Assembly: GCA_038320275.1 (NCBI GenBank)
Contig: JBBQEB010000053.1
Span: 1 to 22,624 of the forward strand
Origin: Myxococcales bacterium
GTDB lineage: Bacteria; Myxococcota; Myxococcia; Myxococcales; Anaeromyxobacteraceae
Direction: 5' to 3'
Length of the DNA: 22,624 bases
The notes beneath the pieces were generated by a model that worked only from the letters and a program-made list of their open reading frames with translations, did no database searches and was not told the DNA's origin. The stretch's first letter is position 1. Every line of letters starts with the position of its first letter. A program made the position numbers and the translations under genes. This document shows, in pieces, positions 10,043 to 19,265 of this stretch.

Positions 10043-10142
10043 GGGAGGTTTCTTATCGCCGCGGCGGCGCTGCGTCGACCTCCCCCTCGCAAGCGGGTGC
10101 GCGCGGGCGGACCGAGGCGTACAACAGCCGCGACTCCTCGGC

Positions 10143-12089
10143 ATGCCGACCCTCCCCTTCGACGCGAGCGCGGTGTTGCTGCGCGCCATCAGCGACTCCT
10201 CCGAGGACGCGATCTTCGCGAAGGATCGGGAGGGGCGGCTGCGCTTCGCCAATCCAGCCACCCTCGCGCTCGTCGGCAAGCGGCTGCACGAGGTCCTTGG
10301 AGCCACCGATCTCGAAATCCTGGAGGACAAGGACGCCGCTCGCCGGGTGATGGAGAACGACCGCCGCATCATGGAGAGCGGCACGGCCGAGGAGGTGGAG
10401 GAGACCGTCCCGATGCCGGGGGGAGCGCGGCGGCTCTGGCTCTCCCGCAAGACGCCCTACCGCGACGCGAGCGGCGAGGTGGTGGGCCTCCTCGGCATCG
10501 CACGCGACATCACCCAGCGCACCCGCCAGCGCGACGCCCTCGCCGAGAGCGAGCGGCGGCTCGCCTTCATCGTCCAGTTCGCGCCGGCGTTCATGGCCGT
10601 CCTGCGCGGGCCGCGGCACGTCTTCGAGATGGCGAACGAGAAGTACTTCGAGGTGGTGGGGCGGCGTGACGTGCTGGGCAAGCCGGTGCTAGAGGCGCTT
10701 CCGGAGATCGCCGGTTCGCCCTTTCCCGAGCTCCTCGACCACGTGTACCAGCACGGCGTACCCTTCGCCGGCAATGACGTCGCCTTGAGGCTCGGTCCGG
10801 AGGGCGACGCGCAGGAGCGCTGGGTGGACTTCGTCTACCTGCCGCTCCGCGAGCCGGACGGCTCACCCTCCGGCGTCTTCGTGCACGGCGTGGACATCAC
10901 CGCGCGCAAGCGGATCGAGAGCGCGCTGCGCGACGCCAACGAGCGGCTCGCCGATTCCGACCGCCGCAAGACGGCCTTCCTCGCCATGCTCTCGCACGAG
11001 CTGCGGAACCCCCTCGCGCCCATCCGCAACGCCATCTACCTCATGGAGCGCGGCGCCGCCGGAGGCCCGTCCTCGGCCCGGGCGCTGGCGGTGCTGGACC
11101 GGCAGACCTCCCACCTCACCCGGATGGTGGACGACCTTCTCGACGTCACGCGCATCGAGCGTGGCAAGGTGGAGCTGCACCGCGTCCCCCTCGACCTGCG
11201 CGAGGAGGTACGGCAGGCGTGCGAAGATCACCGCCCGCTCTTCGAGGCCTCGCGCGTCGCGCTCTCCGCCGCCCTCGACGGCCCGCCGGCCTGGGTGGAC
11301 GCCGATCCCACCCGCCTGTCCCAGGTGCTGGGCAACCTCCTCCAGAACGCCGCCAAGTTCACCCCCGCCGGCGGGCGCGTGACGGTCGAGCTCACGGCGA
11401 GCGACGGCGCAGCCCGGATCGCGGTGCGCGACACCGGCGCTGGCATCGCCCCCGCCGACCTCACCCGCATCTTCGAGCCGTTCACGCAGAGCGACCAGAG
11501 CCTCGCCCGGACCCGCGGCGGGCTCGGGCTCGGGCTCTCGCTGGTGAAAGGGCTGGTGGAGCTGCACGGGGGCAGCGTGGTCGCCCGCAGCGAGGGGTCC
11601 GGCCGGGGCAGCGAGCTCGTCGTGACGCTGCCGCGCACGGCCGCGCCGCCCGTATCGCACCCCGCCCCGGACGCCGGCGGCAACGCTCAGCCTCTCCGCA
11701 TCCTCGTCATCGAGGACAACGAGGACGCCGCGAGCTCGCTCGCCGAGCTGCTGGAGCTCGACGGCCACGCGGTGGAGGTCGCCCACGACGGCCCGAGCGG
11801 CGTCGCGCGGGCCCTCGCCACGCGCCCGGAGGTCGTGCTGTGCGATCTCGGTCTACCGCTCCTCGACGGCTACGGCGTGGCGCGAGCGCTGCGGGCGGAG
11901 CCTTCCCTGTCGGGCACGCTCCTCGTGGCGCTGTCCGGCTACGCCCAGCCGGAGGACCGGCGGCGGTCGCGCGAGGCGGGCTTCGACCGACACTTCCCCA
12001 AGCCGCCGCCGCTGGACGAGCTCACGCGGCTCCTGGCGGAGAGGGCGGCTGCCAAGGCTCGCGGCGAGGCGCCTGGGCCGCAGCTCTAG
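10143..12089 (+). CDS. Cytoplasmic hybrid sensor histidine kinase/response regulator (PAS-PAS-HisKA-HATPase-REC)
   Basis: Start at ATG 10143. Two PAS domains, each ending in DIT. H-box FLAMLSHELRNPL, N-box NLLQNAAKFT, G boxes DTGAGI and GLGLGL, receiver IEDN...LCDLGLP...FPKP. No TM segment. Confidence 0.96.
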   Translation: MPTLPFDASAVLLRAISDSSEDAIFAKDREGRLRFANPATLALVGKRLHEVLGATDLEILEDKDAARRVMENDRRIMESGTAEEVEETVPMPGGARRLWLSRKTPYRDASGEVVGLLGIARDITQRTRQRDALAESERRLAFIVQFAPAFMAVLRGPRHVFEMANEKYFEVVGRRDVLGKPVLEALPEIAGSPFPELLDHVYQHGVPFAGNDVALRLGPEGDAQERWVDFVYLPLREPDGSPSGVFVHGVDITARKRIESALRDANERLADSDRRKTAFLAMLSHELRNPLAPIRNAIYLMERGAAGGPSSARALAVLDRQTSHLTRMVDDLLDVTRIERGKVELHRVPLDLREEVRQACEDHRPLFEASRVALSAALDGPPAWVDADPTRLSQVLGNLLQNAAKFTPAGGRVTVELTASDGAARIAVRDTGAGIAPADLTRIFEPFTQSDQSLARTRGGLGLGLSLVKGLVELHGGSVVARSEGSGRGSELVVTLPRTAAPPVSHPAPDAGGNAQPLRILVIEDNEDAASSLAELLELDGHAVEVAHDGPSGVARALATRPEVVLCDLGLPLLDGYGVARALRAEPSLSGTLLVALSGYAQPEDRRRSREAGFDRHFPKPPPLDELTRLLAERAAAKARGEAPGPQL

Positions 12090-12745
12090 CCCTTGTCCCC
12101 CACGAACCGGTCCCGCTCGTCGCGGAAGAGGACGTTGAAGGTGGTGAGGCTCCCGTAACAGCGGGTGACGTACTGCTGGATGTCCACCTTCTCGGCGTCG
12201 GTGAGCTTCGCGGTGGCGTTGATCTTCTGCTCGAGGACCCGCAGCCGGTCGCGCACCATGACCACCTTGTGGAAGAGCTGGTCGAGCGGGATCTCCTTCG
12301 GCTGCAGCGCAGCGTCGCGCGGCTTGAGGAGCAGGGTGCCACCTTCCCACTTGGGCGCGATCGCCACGTGCGAGGTCTCCTCGCGGAGGACGTCGCGGAT
12401 GGCCTGGGTGAACTCTTCGCGGGTCATGGTGAGGAGCTCCTCGGGAAGATCGTCGAAGGCCGGGGCTCCGGCAGCCGGCGCGGCACCGCCCGGCCGGATG
12501 CCGGGCCGGACCGCGGGCCTCGCCGGCGCCGGCCGGCGGGAGACATCCAGGGACATGGGAGCGGTCGGGAGCGCGGCGCCGCGCGCCAGGTAGCGCTCAC
12601 AGCGCGGAGCCGTGCCGGGGAAGTCGCCGGTGCGGACAACCAGCCGGCACGGGCCGATGGGGCCGCGAAAGTCCTCCAGGATGGCGCGCCAGAGCCGGCA
12701 GCTTCCGCACTCCCGCTCTCCGTAGACGCGCTCCTCAGGATCCAT
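12086..12745 (-). CDS. Hypothetical protein: N-terminal Cys4 motif, Pro/Ala linker, C-terminal helical domain
   Basis: 219 aa, starting just downstream of the cmk stop. CGSC...GPC...RCERY, then a globular-looking PKEIPLDQLFHKVVMVRDRLRVLEQKIN...QQYVTRCYGSLTTFNVLF. Codon usage looks like the host's. Confidence 0.85.
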   Translation of the reverse strand: MDPEERVYGERECGSCRLWRAILEDFRGPIGPCRLVVRTGDFPGTAPRCERYLARGAALPTAPMSLDVSRRPAPARPAVRPGIRPGGAAPAAGAPAFDDLPEELLTMTREEFTQAIRDVLREETSHVAIAPKWEGGTLLLKPRDAALQPKEIPLDQLFHKVVMVRDRLRVLEQKINATAKLTDAEKVDIQQYVTRCYGSLTTFNVLFRDERDRFVGDKG

Positions 12746-12758
12746 CGCGGGGGCGATC

Positions 12759-13472
12759 TTACCCCCCCCGGCGGGAGAGGGCCATGCGGTGGGCCACCTC
12801 CGCGGCCAGACGCTCGATCACCTCGTCGCGCGTGAGACCGCTCGTGTCGAGCTCGAGCGCGTCCGCCGCGACCCGCAGCGGCGCGGCTTCGCGCTCCGCG
12901 TCGTCGCGGTCGCGCTTGCGCTGGTCGGCCAGGATCTCCTCGAAGGGCGCCGGCATGCCCCGGGCGGCGAGCTCCTCGAACCGCCGCCGGGCGCGCACCT
13001 CGGGGAGAGCGGTCAGGAAGATCTTGGCGTCGGCATCGGGGAAGACCACCGTCCCGATGTCTCGTCCCTCCAGCACCGCGCCGCGATGCCCGGGCGCCGT
13101 CGCGAGCCCTCGCTGCAGACCGAGGAGCGCCGCGCGCACCACCGGCCGCGCCGAGACGGCGCTCGCGCCGAGCGACATGGCAGGGGAGCGGATGGCCTCC
13201 GAGACGTCGGCGCTGGCCAGGAAGACCCGCTGCGCCGCCTCCCCCGGCCGGCCGGGCTCGAAGCGGATGCTCAGCCCGGGGAGGAGCTCGCCCAGGCCTG
13301 CGTCATCGTCGAACGCGACACCCGCGCGGCTCGCCGCAAGGGCCACTGCGCGGTAGACGGCGCCCGTGTCCACCATGGCGAAGCCGAGCCGGGTCGCGAG
13401 CTCGCGGGCGACCGTGCTCTTCCCCGCCCCTGCCGGCCCGTCGATGGCCACGATGAAGGGGCGCGCGCTCAC
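12759..13472 (-). CDS. cmk: Cytidylate kinase
   Basis: GTG start overlapping the hisC stop (GTGA). Motifs IVAIDGPAGAGKST, DTGAVYRA, LEGRDIGTVVFPDA and RDRDD. Confidence 0.97.
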   Translation of the reverse strand: MSARPFIVAIDGPAGAGKSTVARELATRLGFAMVDTGAVYRAVALAASRAGVAFDDDAGLGELLPGLSIRFEPGRPGEAAQRVFLASADVSEAIRSPAMSLGASAVSARPVVRAALLGLQRGLATAPGHRGAVLEGRDIGTVVFPDADAKIFLTALPEVRARRRFEELAARGMPAPFEEILADQRKRDRDDAEREAAPLRVAADALELDTSGLTRDEVIERLAAEVAHRMALSRRGG

Positions 13473-14560
13473 GTCCCGAGCACCTTTCGAAGCGCGGCGA
13501 ACAGCTTCTCGTTCTCGGCGCGGAGGCCGAGGGTGATGCGCTGGCCCACCGGGTACCCGTAGCCGTGCATCGGGCGCACGACCACGCCCTCCCTCAGGAG
13601 CGCCTGGAAGAGCTCGGGCGCGGGACGGCCCGGGAAGTCGGCCAGCAGGAAGTTCGTCTGGGACGGGACCACCGACGCGCCCAGCGCCCGCAGCCCTTCG
13701 GCGACGAAGGGGCGCTCGGAGGCCACCAGCGCCCGGCTGCGCGCCAGGTGCTCCTCGTCCCGCAGCGCCGCGACGCCCGCTGCCTGTGCGACGAGGTTCA
13801 CGTTGAAGGGCGCCCGCACGCGGTCGAGCCACCCGACCACCTCCGGGCGCGCCACCAGGTACCCCAGCCGCAGCCCAGCGAGCCCGTACACCTTGGAGAA
13901 GGTGCGACAGGTGGCGACGTTGGCGAAGCGCTTCCGGACCCGGAGGCCATCCGGCATGTCCGGCGCGGTGGCGAACTCGACGTAGGCCTCGTCCAGCACG
14001 ACCAGCACGTCGCGCGGCACCGCCTCCAGGAAGCCCGTCAGCTCACGTTCCGTGAAGTACGTGCCGTTCGGATTGTCAGGGTTCGCGAGGAAGACCAGCT
14101 TGGTGCGCCGCGAGAGCCGCTCGGACATCGCGCGGAGGTCGTAGCGCCGCTCGCGCATGGGCGCCTCCACGCAGGTCCGGCCGTGCGCCTGCGTCGCGAG
14201 CCGGTACACCACGAAGGAGTTGGCGCTCGTGAGCGCCTCGTCGCCCTCTCCCAGGAAGGTGCGGACGAGGAGCTCCAGCAGCTCGTTCGAGCCGTTGCCG
14301 ACTGCGATCTCCTCCACCTGGACGCCCAGCTTCGCCGCCAGCGCGCTGCGCAGCGCGAGAGCGCTGCCGTCCGGGTAGAGGTGGACGCGGCCACAGGCCT
14401 CGCGCGCCGCCGCGAGCGCCAGCGGAGACGGGCCGAGGGCATTCTCGTTGGAGGCCAGCTTGGCGACGTGGGTGAGCCCGTACTCGCGCTCGACCTCCTC
14501 GATGGGCTTCCCGGGGATGTAGGGCGTGAGCGACGCGATGTACGAGGGGACCGCGGGCAT
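13469..14560 (-). CDS. hisC: Histidinol-phosphate aminotransferase
   Basis: Start at ATG 14560 with GAGGA SD. Motifs PYIPGKPIEE, KLASNEN, GNGSNE, NPDNPNG, LDEAYVE and RTFSKVYGLAGLRLGY (PLP lysine). Confidence 0.96.
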   Translation of the reverse strand: MPAVPSYIASLTPYIPGKPIEEVEREYGLTHVAKLASNENALGPSPLALAAAREACGRVHLYPDGSALALRSALAAKLGVQVEEIAVGNGSNELLELLVRTFLGEGDEALTSANSFVVYRLATQAHGRTCVEAPMRERRYDLRAMSERLSRRTKLVFLANPDNPNGTYFTERELTGFLEAVPRDVLVVLDEAYVEFATAPDMPDGLRVRKRFANVATCRTFSKVYGLAGLRLGYLVARPEVVGWLDRVRAPFNVNLVAQAAGVAALRDEEHLARSRALVASERPFVAEGLRALGASVVPSQTNFLLADFPGRPAPELFQALLREGVVVRPMHGYGYPVGQRITLGLRAENEKLFAALRKVLGT

Positions 14561-14567
14561 CCGTTCC

Positions 14568-15542
14568 TCATATCGTCCCCACCGCCCGCGACGCCAGCCA
14601 GGCCGACAGCTCGGCTGAGAGGGCGCCCGCGTCCACCGGCGGGCGCAGCCATTCCACCCCGGGCTCGCGCCGCAGCCACACGACCTGCCGGCGCGCGTAC
14701 TGCCGGTGGAGCGCCCCCACGCGCTCCAGCGCCGCCGCGCGGGAGATGCGCCCGGCCAGGACCTCCGCCGCGTCGGCGTAGCCGATGGGGAGGCGCACAG
14801 GCAGCCTGCCCTGCGCCTGGAGGAGCGCGCCCGCCTCGGTGAGGAGCCCGTCGAAGAGGCCCGGCAGGCGCGTCGCAATGCGGGCGTGGAGCTCCGGGCG
14901 CGGCAGGTCGAGCGCGAGGATGCGGGCAGGATAGCGGTGCTGGCTGAAGCGGTGAGCCGCGAAGCGCTCGCTCTGGGTACGGCCCGAGGCGGCCATCTCC
15001 AGCGCACGCACGATGCGGACGAGGTCGTTCGGCCCGATGTGGGCGGCGGCCTCCGGGTCGGCGGCGGCGAGCCTGCGATGGAGGGCCGGGCGGCCATCGC
15101 GCACCGCCTCGGCCTCGAGCGCCGCGCGGAGAGCCGGATCGCGCCCAGGCGCCTCGGCCACCCCGTGAAGCAGCGCTCGCAGGTACAGCCCGGTCCCGCC
15201 CGCAACGATGGAAACCCTGCCCCGCGCCTGGATCGCGGCGATGGCTGCGTCGGCCCGCGCGACCCAGCGCGCGGCGTCCATCCCCTCCCCCGGTTTCGCG
15301 ACGTCGAGCAGGTGGTGCGGCACGGAGGCGCGCTCCGCCGGTCCGGGCTTGGCCGTCCCAAGGTCGAGCCCGCGGTAGACCTGCTGGGAGTCCGCGCTCA
15401 CCACCTCGCCACCGAGCCGGAGCGCCAGCTCCACCGCGAGGGCCGTCTTGCCGGAGGCGGTGGGACCCGTCACGAGGATCAGGGGAGGGCTGCGCCCACC
15501 CGGCGCGTCGTCCAGACCCTTCCGATCCACCGCCAGCGTCAC
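14568..15542 (-). CDS. miaA: tRNA dimethylallyltransferase
   Basis: GTG start overlapping the hisS stop (GTGA). Motifs GPTASGKT, SADSQQVYRGLDLGTAKP, PHHLLD, GGTGLYL, RIVRALE and RQYARRQVVW. Confidence 0.96.
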   Translation of the reverse strand: MTLAVDRKGLDDAPGGRSPPLILVTGPTASGKTALAVELALRLGGEVVSADSQQVYRGLDLGTAKPGPAERASVPHHLLDVAKPGEGMDAARWVARADAAIAAIQARGRVSIVAGGTGLYLRALLHGVAEAPGRDPALRAALEAEAVRDGRPALHRRLAAADPEAAAHIGPNDLVRIVRALEMAASGRTQSERFAAHRFSQHRYPARILALDLPRPELHARIATRLPGLFDGLLTEAGALLQAQGRLPVRLPIGYADAAEVLAGRISRAAALERVGALHRQYARRQVVWLRREPGVEWLRPPVDAGALSAELSAWLASRAVGTI

Positions 15543-16792
15543 CGCACGCGGGGTGCGAAGCGCGCGGCCAGGTCTGCCAGCGCGACCGGCGTCTCCTCGC
15601 GGGTGGCGAGGTCCTTCAGCTTGCCCTGCCCCGACGCCAGCTCGTTCCCGCCCAGCACCAGCGCATAGCGGGCGCGCACGCGCTCGGCCTGCTTGAACTG
15701 CCGACTGATCTTCCCGCCGCGGGGATCCGCGTCGCAGGCGATCCCCGCCCGCCGCAGGGCGTGGGCGCGGACCTGCGCGTCCTGCGCGCCCGCCTCGTCG
15801 GCGGCGATGAGGAAGAGGTCGGGGCGGTCGTCCGGAACCGGCCGCTTCAGCGCCTCGAGGATGAGCGCGAGCCGCTCCTGCCCCAGCGCAAAGCCGATGC
15901 CGGGCGTGGGCTGTCCGCCCAGGAGCTCCACGAGCCCGTCGTAGCGGCCGCCCCCTGCCACCGCCGACTGCGCGCCCAGCGCGTCGCTCGAGAGCTCGTA
16001 GGCGGTGCGGACGTAGTAGTCGAGGCCGCGGACGAGCCGGGGATCGACCCGGTGCGGGATCCCCAGGGCCTGGAGCCCGGCCTGGACGGCGGCGAAGTGC
16101 GCCCGGCAGGGGTCGCACAGCCGGTCGAGGAGGCGCGGCGCCTCGGCGAGCACCGGCTGGCAGCTCTCCACCTTGCAGTCGAGCACCCGCAGCGGGTTGC
16201 GATGGATGCGCTCCCTGCAGTCGGCGCAGAGGGTCTCCTCCCGCGCCTCCAGCCAGCCCTTCAGCTCGGCGAGGTAGGCCGGCCGGCACGCGGCGTCGCC
16301 CACGCTGTTCACGCGCAGCGCCGCCGTGACCCCCAGCCGCTCGAGGAACATGTGCAGCATCGCGATCTGCTCGACGTCGATGGCCGGCTCGGCCACCCCG
16401 AACGCCTCGCAGCCGATCTGGTGAAACTGACGGTAGCGCCCCTTTTGCGGGCGCTCGCGCCGGAACATCGGCCCCAGGTAGAACCACCGCTGCGGGCCCT
16501 CCACGTGCACCCCGTGCTCGATGAACGCGCGCACCGCGCCGGCCGTCCCCTCCGGCCGCAGGGCGAGCACGTCCTCGCCCTTGTCCTCGAAGACGTACAT
16601 CTCCTTCTTGACGATATCGGTCGCCTCGCCCACGCCGCGGGAGAAGAGCGCCGCCGCCTCCACCACCGGCGTGCGGACCTCCCGGTAGCCGTGCAGGGCG
16701 AACACCTCCCGCGCCACGCGCTCCATCTCCTGCCAGCGGCCCACCGCCGCGGGGAGGAGATCGTTCATGCCCTTCACGCCGGAGATCTTCAT
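15539..16792 (-). CDS. hisS: Histidine--tRNA ligase
   Basis: Start at ATG 16792 (MKISGVKGMND). Motifs TDIVKKEMY, LRPEGTA, FRRERPQKGRYRQFHQIGCE, LVRGLDYY and GGGRYDGL, plus a C-terminal anticodon-binding domain. Confidence 0.98.
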   Translation of the reverse strand: MKISGVKGMNDLLPAAVGRWQEMERVAREVFALHGYREVRTPVVEAAALFSRGVGEATDIVKKEMYVFEDKGEDVLALRPEGTAGAVRAFIEHGVHVEGPQRWFYLGPMFRRERPQKGRYRQFHQIGCEAFGVAEPAIDVEQIAMLHMFLERLGVTAALRVNSVGDAACRPAYLAELKGWLEAREETLCADCRERIHRNPLRVLDCKVESCQPVLAEAPRLLDRLCDPCRAHFAAVQAGLQALGIPHRVDPRLVRGLDYYVRTAYELSSDALGAQSAVAGGGRYDGLVELLGGQPTPGIGFALGQERLALILEALKRPVPDDRPDLFLIAADEAGAQDAQVRAHALRRAGIACDADPRGGKISRQFKQAERVRARYALVLGGNELASGQGKLKDLATREETPVALADLAARFAPRVR

Positions 16793-18360
16793 CGCGCGGG
16801 GGATGTAGACGAAAGGCCCCGCGGCGTCCAGAGCGACCAGGCCCCGGCGCTCGCGCCTCGCACCGCCACGCGGCGCAGCCCTTCGGCAACCTGCGGGGGC
16901 GGCGTTCCCCGGACGAGGATGGCGTCGTAGAAGCGGGCGGTGGCAGGGTCGAAGCTCTCCGGCCGCCACTCGTTGGGATGCGGCGCCTGCATGCCGTCGC
17001 GGTAGCGCACCGGGATGGAGGGCAAGCCAGCAAAGCTGAAGCCCACGTCTCCGCCGCCGCGGACCTGTGCGTAACAGGCCCAGTGCACGAACGGCCAGAG
17101 CCGCACCGGACCGCGCTCCCCGCGATCGAATACGAGCCCGAGGACGCGGCCACCGCGCGGCAGGAGCTCCTCCACAGTGGCGAAGGCCCCGACCTGCTCC
17201 TGGAACCGGCGGATGTGGACCGCCGTGTTGACGCTTGCGGCGAGGGCGAGCGCCGCCCCGCCGGCGAGGAGGAGCGCCCGCCAGCCCTCCGGCGGGCGCG
17301 CCAGGAGGAGCGGCAGCGCCAGCGCCGCGAAGACGAGCTGGCGCGGGCTCACGTACCACTGCCCGGAGATCTCCATGGGAGCGGCGAAGGAGGTCGCGGC
17401 GAGGAGGAGCACCAGCAGGGCCGGCCGGTGGGCGCGCAGGGCCTCGCGCAGCCCGGGGCGATCTGGCGCGTCGGGGCTCGCGGGGGCCGGGCCGTAGCCG
17501 GTGGCGAGCGCCACCGCGAAGAGCGCCAGGAGCGCTGCGCCGATCCGGGCGTCGCTCCCGTCGGTGAAGGCTCCCAGGAGGCGCTCCGGGATTCGCGCTG
17601 CGGCTTCCCGGAACGGCTCGTAAACGGCCCCCAGCCCGCTCCCGATGGCGCCGTAGGCGTGGTGGTTGGCGGTGTGCTGCTCCGAGAGCGGGCGCTCGGG
17701 GCGCACGAAGCTCCGCCAGACCCAGGGCGCGCACAGCGCGAGCGACGGCAGGTAGGGCAGCGCCCGCGCCGCGGCCCAGCGCAGGCCCCGCGCGTGCAGG
17801 GCGAGGAGGAGCGCCACGCAGAGGCCGAGCGTCGCATAGCTCTGCGCGTGGAAGAGGAAGACCGCCGCCGCGGCGAGCGCCAGCGCCAGGGATCGCCCCC
17901 AGGCTGCCCGCTCCGGCGCGAGGTGGCGCTCGGTGAGCCCCAGCGCGACGAGGAAGAGCGGCAGGGAGAGGAGGAAGGAGGCGAAGCCGAAGAAGAGGTT
18001 GGTGGAGTACACCAGCGGGATCGTGAGCACCGCCCAGCGGCGGTCGCGGCCGAAGGAGGCGAGCAGGAAGGCGGCGGCGAGCGGCAGCCCCACCGCATGA
18101 GCCGTGAAGAGCAGCCGGTTCGCGAGCTCGAGAGGCAGCGCCCGAGCCAGGACCGCCATCGCGCCGTAGTACCCCCAGTACGGCGTGAGGTGCGGGTCGA
18201 TGGCGTAGGAGCGGGCGAAGCCGGTCGCCGGGTCGCCGAGGCGCGCCACCACCGCCGCCAGCGCCAGGTGCTGCGGAAGGTCGAGGAAGGGCAAGAACCG
18301 CCCAACCCAGAACGGCGCCGCCGCGGCCGCCAGCAGGAGGGCGGCAGCGAGGCGCTCCAT
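16789..18360 (-). CDS. Polytopic inner-membrane protein, possibly GT-C-fold glycosyltransferase-like
   Basis: Start at ATG 18360 (MERLAAALL), 523 aa. Roughly ten or more hydrophobic segments, a PFLDLPQHL loop after the first TM and a soluble C-terminal domain. The stop overlaps the hisS start (ATGA). The CDS is well supported; the function is inferred. Confidence 0.75.
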   Translation of the reverse strand: MERLAAALLLAAAAAPFWVGRFLPFLDLPQHLALAAVVARLGDPATGFARSYAIDPHLTPYWGYYGAMAVLARALPLELANRLLFTAHAVGLPLAAAFLLASFGRDRRWAVLTIPLVYSTNLFFGFASFLLSLPLFLVALGLTERHLAPERAAWGRSLALALAAAAVFLFHAQSYATLGLCVALLLALHARGLRWAAARALPYLPSLALCAPWVWRSFVRPERPLSEQHTANHHAYGAIGSGLGAVYEPFREAAARIPERLLGAFTDGSDARIGAALLALFAVALATGYGPAPASPDAPDRPGLREALRAHRPALLVLLLAATSFAAPMEISGQWYVSPRQLVFAALALPLLLARPPEGWRALLLAGGAALALAASVNTAVHIRRFQEQVGAFATVEELLPRGGRVLGLVFDRGERGPVRLWPFVHWACYAQVRGGGDVGFSFAGLPSIPVRYRDGMQAPHPNEWRPESFDPATARFYDAILVRGTPPPQVAEGLRRVAVRGASAGAWSLWTPRGLSSTSPAR

Positions 18361-18401
18361 GACCCAGCGCCTGTCGCGGGGAGGCCGTATCGCCGGACGG
18401 G

Positions 18402-19265
18402 TCAGGGCGCGCCCGGCGCCGGCCCAGCCAGCCGCTCTCCGACGCGCAGCCGGGACCCCTCGACGAGGTCCTCGCGGAAGGCGGCGCGCCCAGGCTCCAG
18501 GAGGAGGATGACGGTGGAGCCCATCTCGAAGGCGCCCAGCTCCGCGCCCTTCGCGACCGGGATCGGCGTCTCGTAGTCGCGCGAGAGCGGTCGAGCGCCG
18601 CGGAGGTTGGAGACGGGGATCGAGGGATCGTAGAAGGCGCGGATTCGCCCCACGATGGTCGCGCCCACCGCCACCACCGCCGCGAGCCCGAGCGGCGTGT
18701 CGAGCACCGTGACCAGCCGCTCGTTCACCGCGAAGAGCTGGGGCACGCCGCGAACGCTGGCGGGGTTCACGGGCCAGAGCCGGCCGGGCAGGTAGCGGTA
18801 GCCGAGGATGGAGCCGCCGAGCGGAAAGTGAATGCGGTGGTAGTCGCGCGGGGAGAGATAGATCGTGGCGAAAGCGCCTCCGCGGAAGCGGGCCGCCAGA
18901 GCCGGGTCGCCGAGCAAGGCCGCGAGGGGGTAGTCGAGCCCCTTCGCCTGCAGGAGCCGCCCCTCTCGCGCGATCCCGTGGGCCGAGACGACGCCGTCCA
19001 CCGGCGACACGAGCACGTCGTCTCCCGCCTCGATGGGCCGCAGCCCGGGGCGGAGCGGGCGGGCGAAGAACTCGCCGAACGTTTCGAAGAGGTTGAGGTC
19101 GCCGCACTCGGAGAGGTCGATCTGGTAGCGCGCCGCGAAGAGGCGCATCGCCGCAGACCGGACGGCGCGCGGCGCGCGGGCGCGGGTGAGCCCGCCCACC
19201 AGGCGCGAGAGCGCGTTCTTCGGGACGAGCCTCAGGGCGCCCAGGAGGGCGCGATCGGCGATCAT
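18402..19265 (-). CDS. psd: Phosphatidylserine decarboxylase proenzyme
   Basis: Motifs [37 protein letters not shown] and VGATIVG, with the self-cleavage motif FEMG|STV. Confidence 0.95.
   Translation of the reverse strand: MIADRALLGALRLVPKNALSRLVGGLTRARAPRAVRSAAMRLFAARYQIDLSECGDLNLFETFGEFFARPLRPGLRPIEAGDDVLVSPVDGVVSAHGIAREGRLLQAKGLDYPLAALLGDPALAARFRGGAFATIYLSPRDYHRIHFPLGGSILGYRYLPGRLWPVNPASVRGVPQLFAVNERLVTVLDTPLGLAAVVAVGATIVGRIRAFYDPSIPVSNLRGARPLSRDYETPIPVAKGAELGAFEMGSTVILLLEPGRAAFREDLVEGSRLRVGERLAGPAPGAP

Noticed and set aside
9717..10450. Extended overlapping N-termini of the kinase (from 9717) and ispH (from 10450)
   Set aside because: Family homology begins at 10143 and 10042 respectively. 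The extensions would overlap each other head-to-head.
14568..19107. Apparent fusions in the ORF track (861-aa miaA, 731-aa hisS, 772-aa membrane protein; likewise 630-aa hisC and 357-aa cmk)
   Set aside because: The extensions are alternative frames of the upstream gene. True starts are marked by stop/start overlaps (GTGA, ATGA), an SD, or the onset of family-like sequence.
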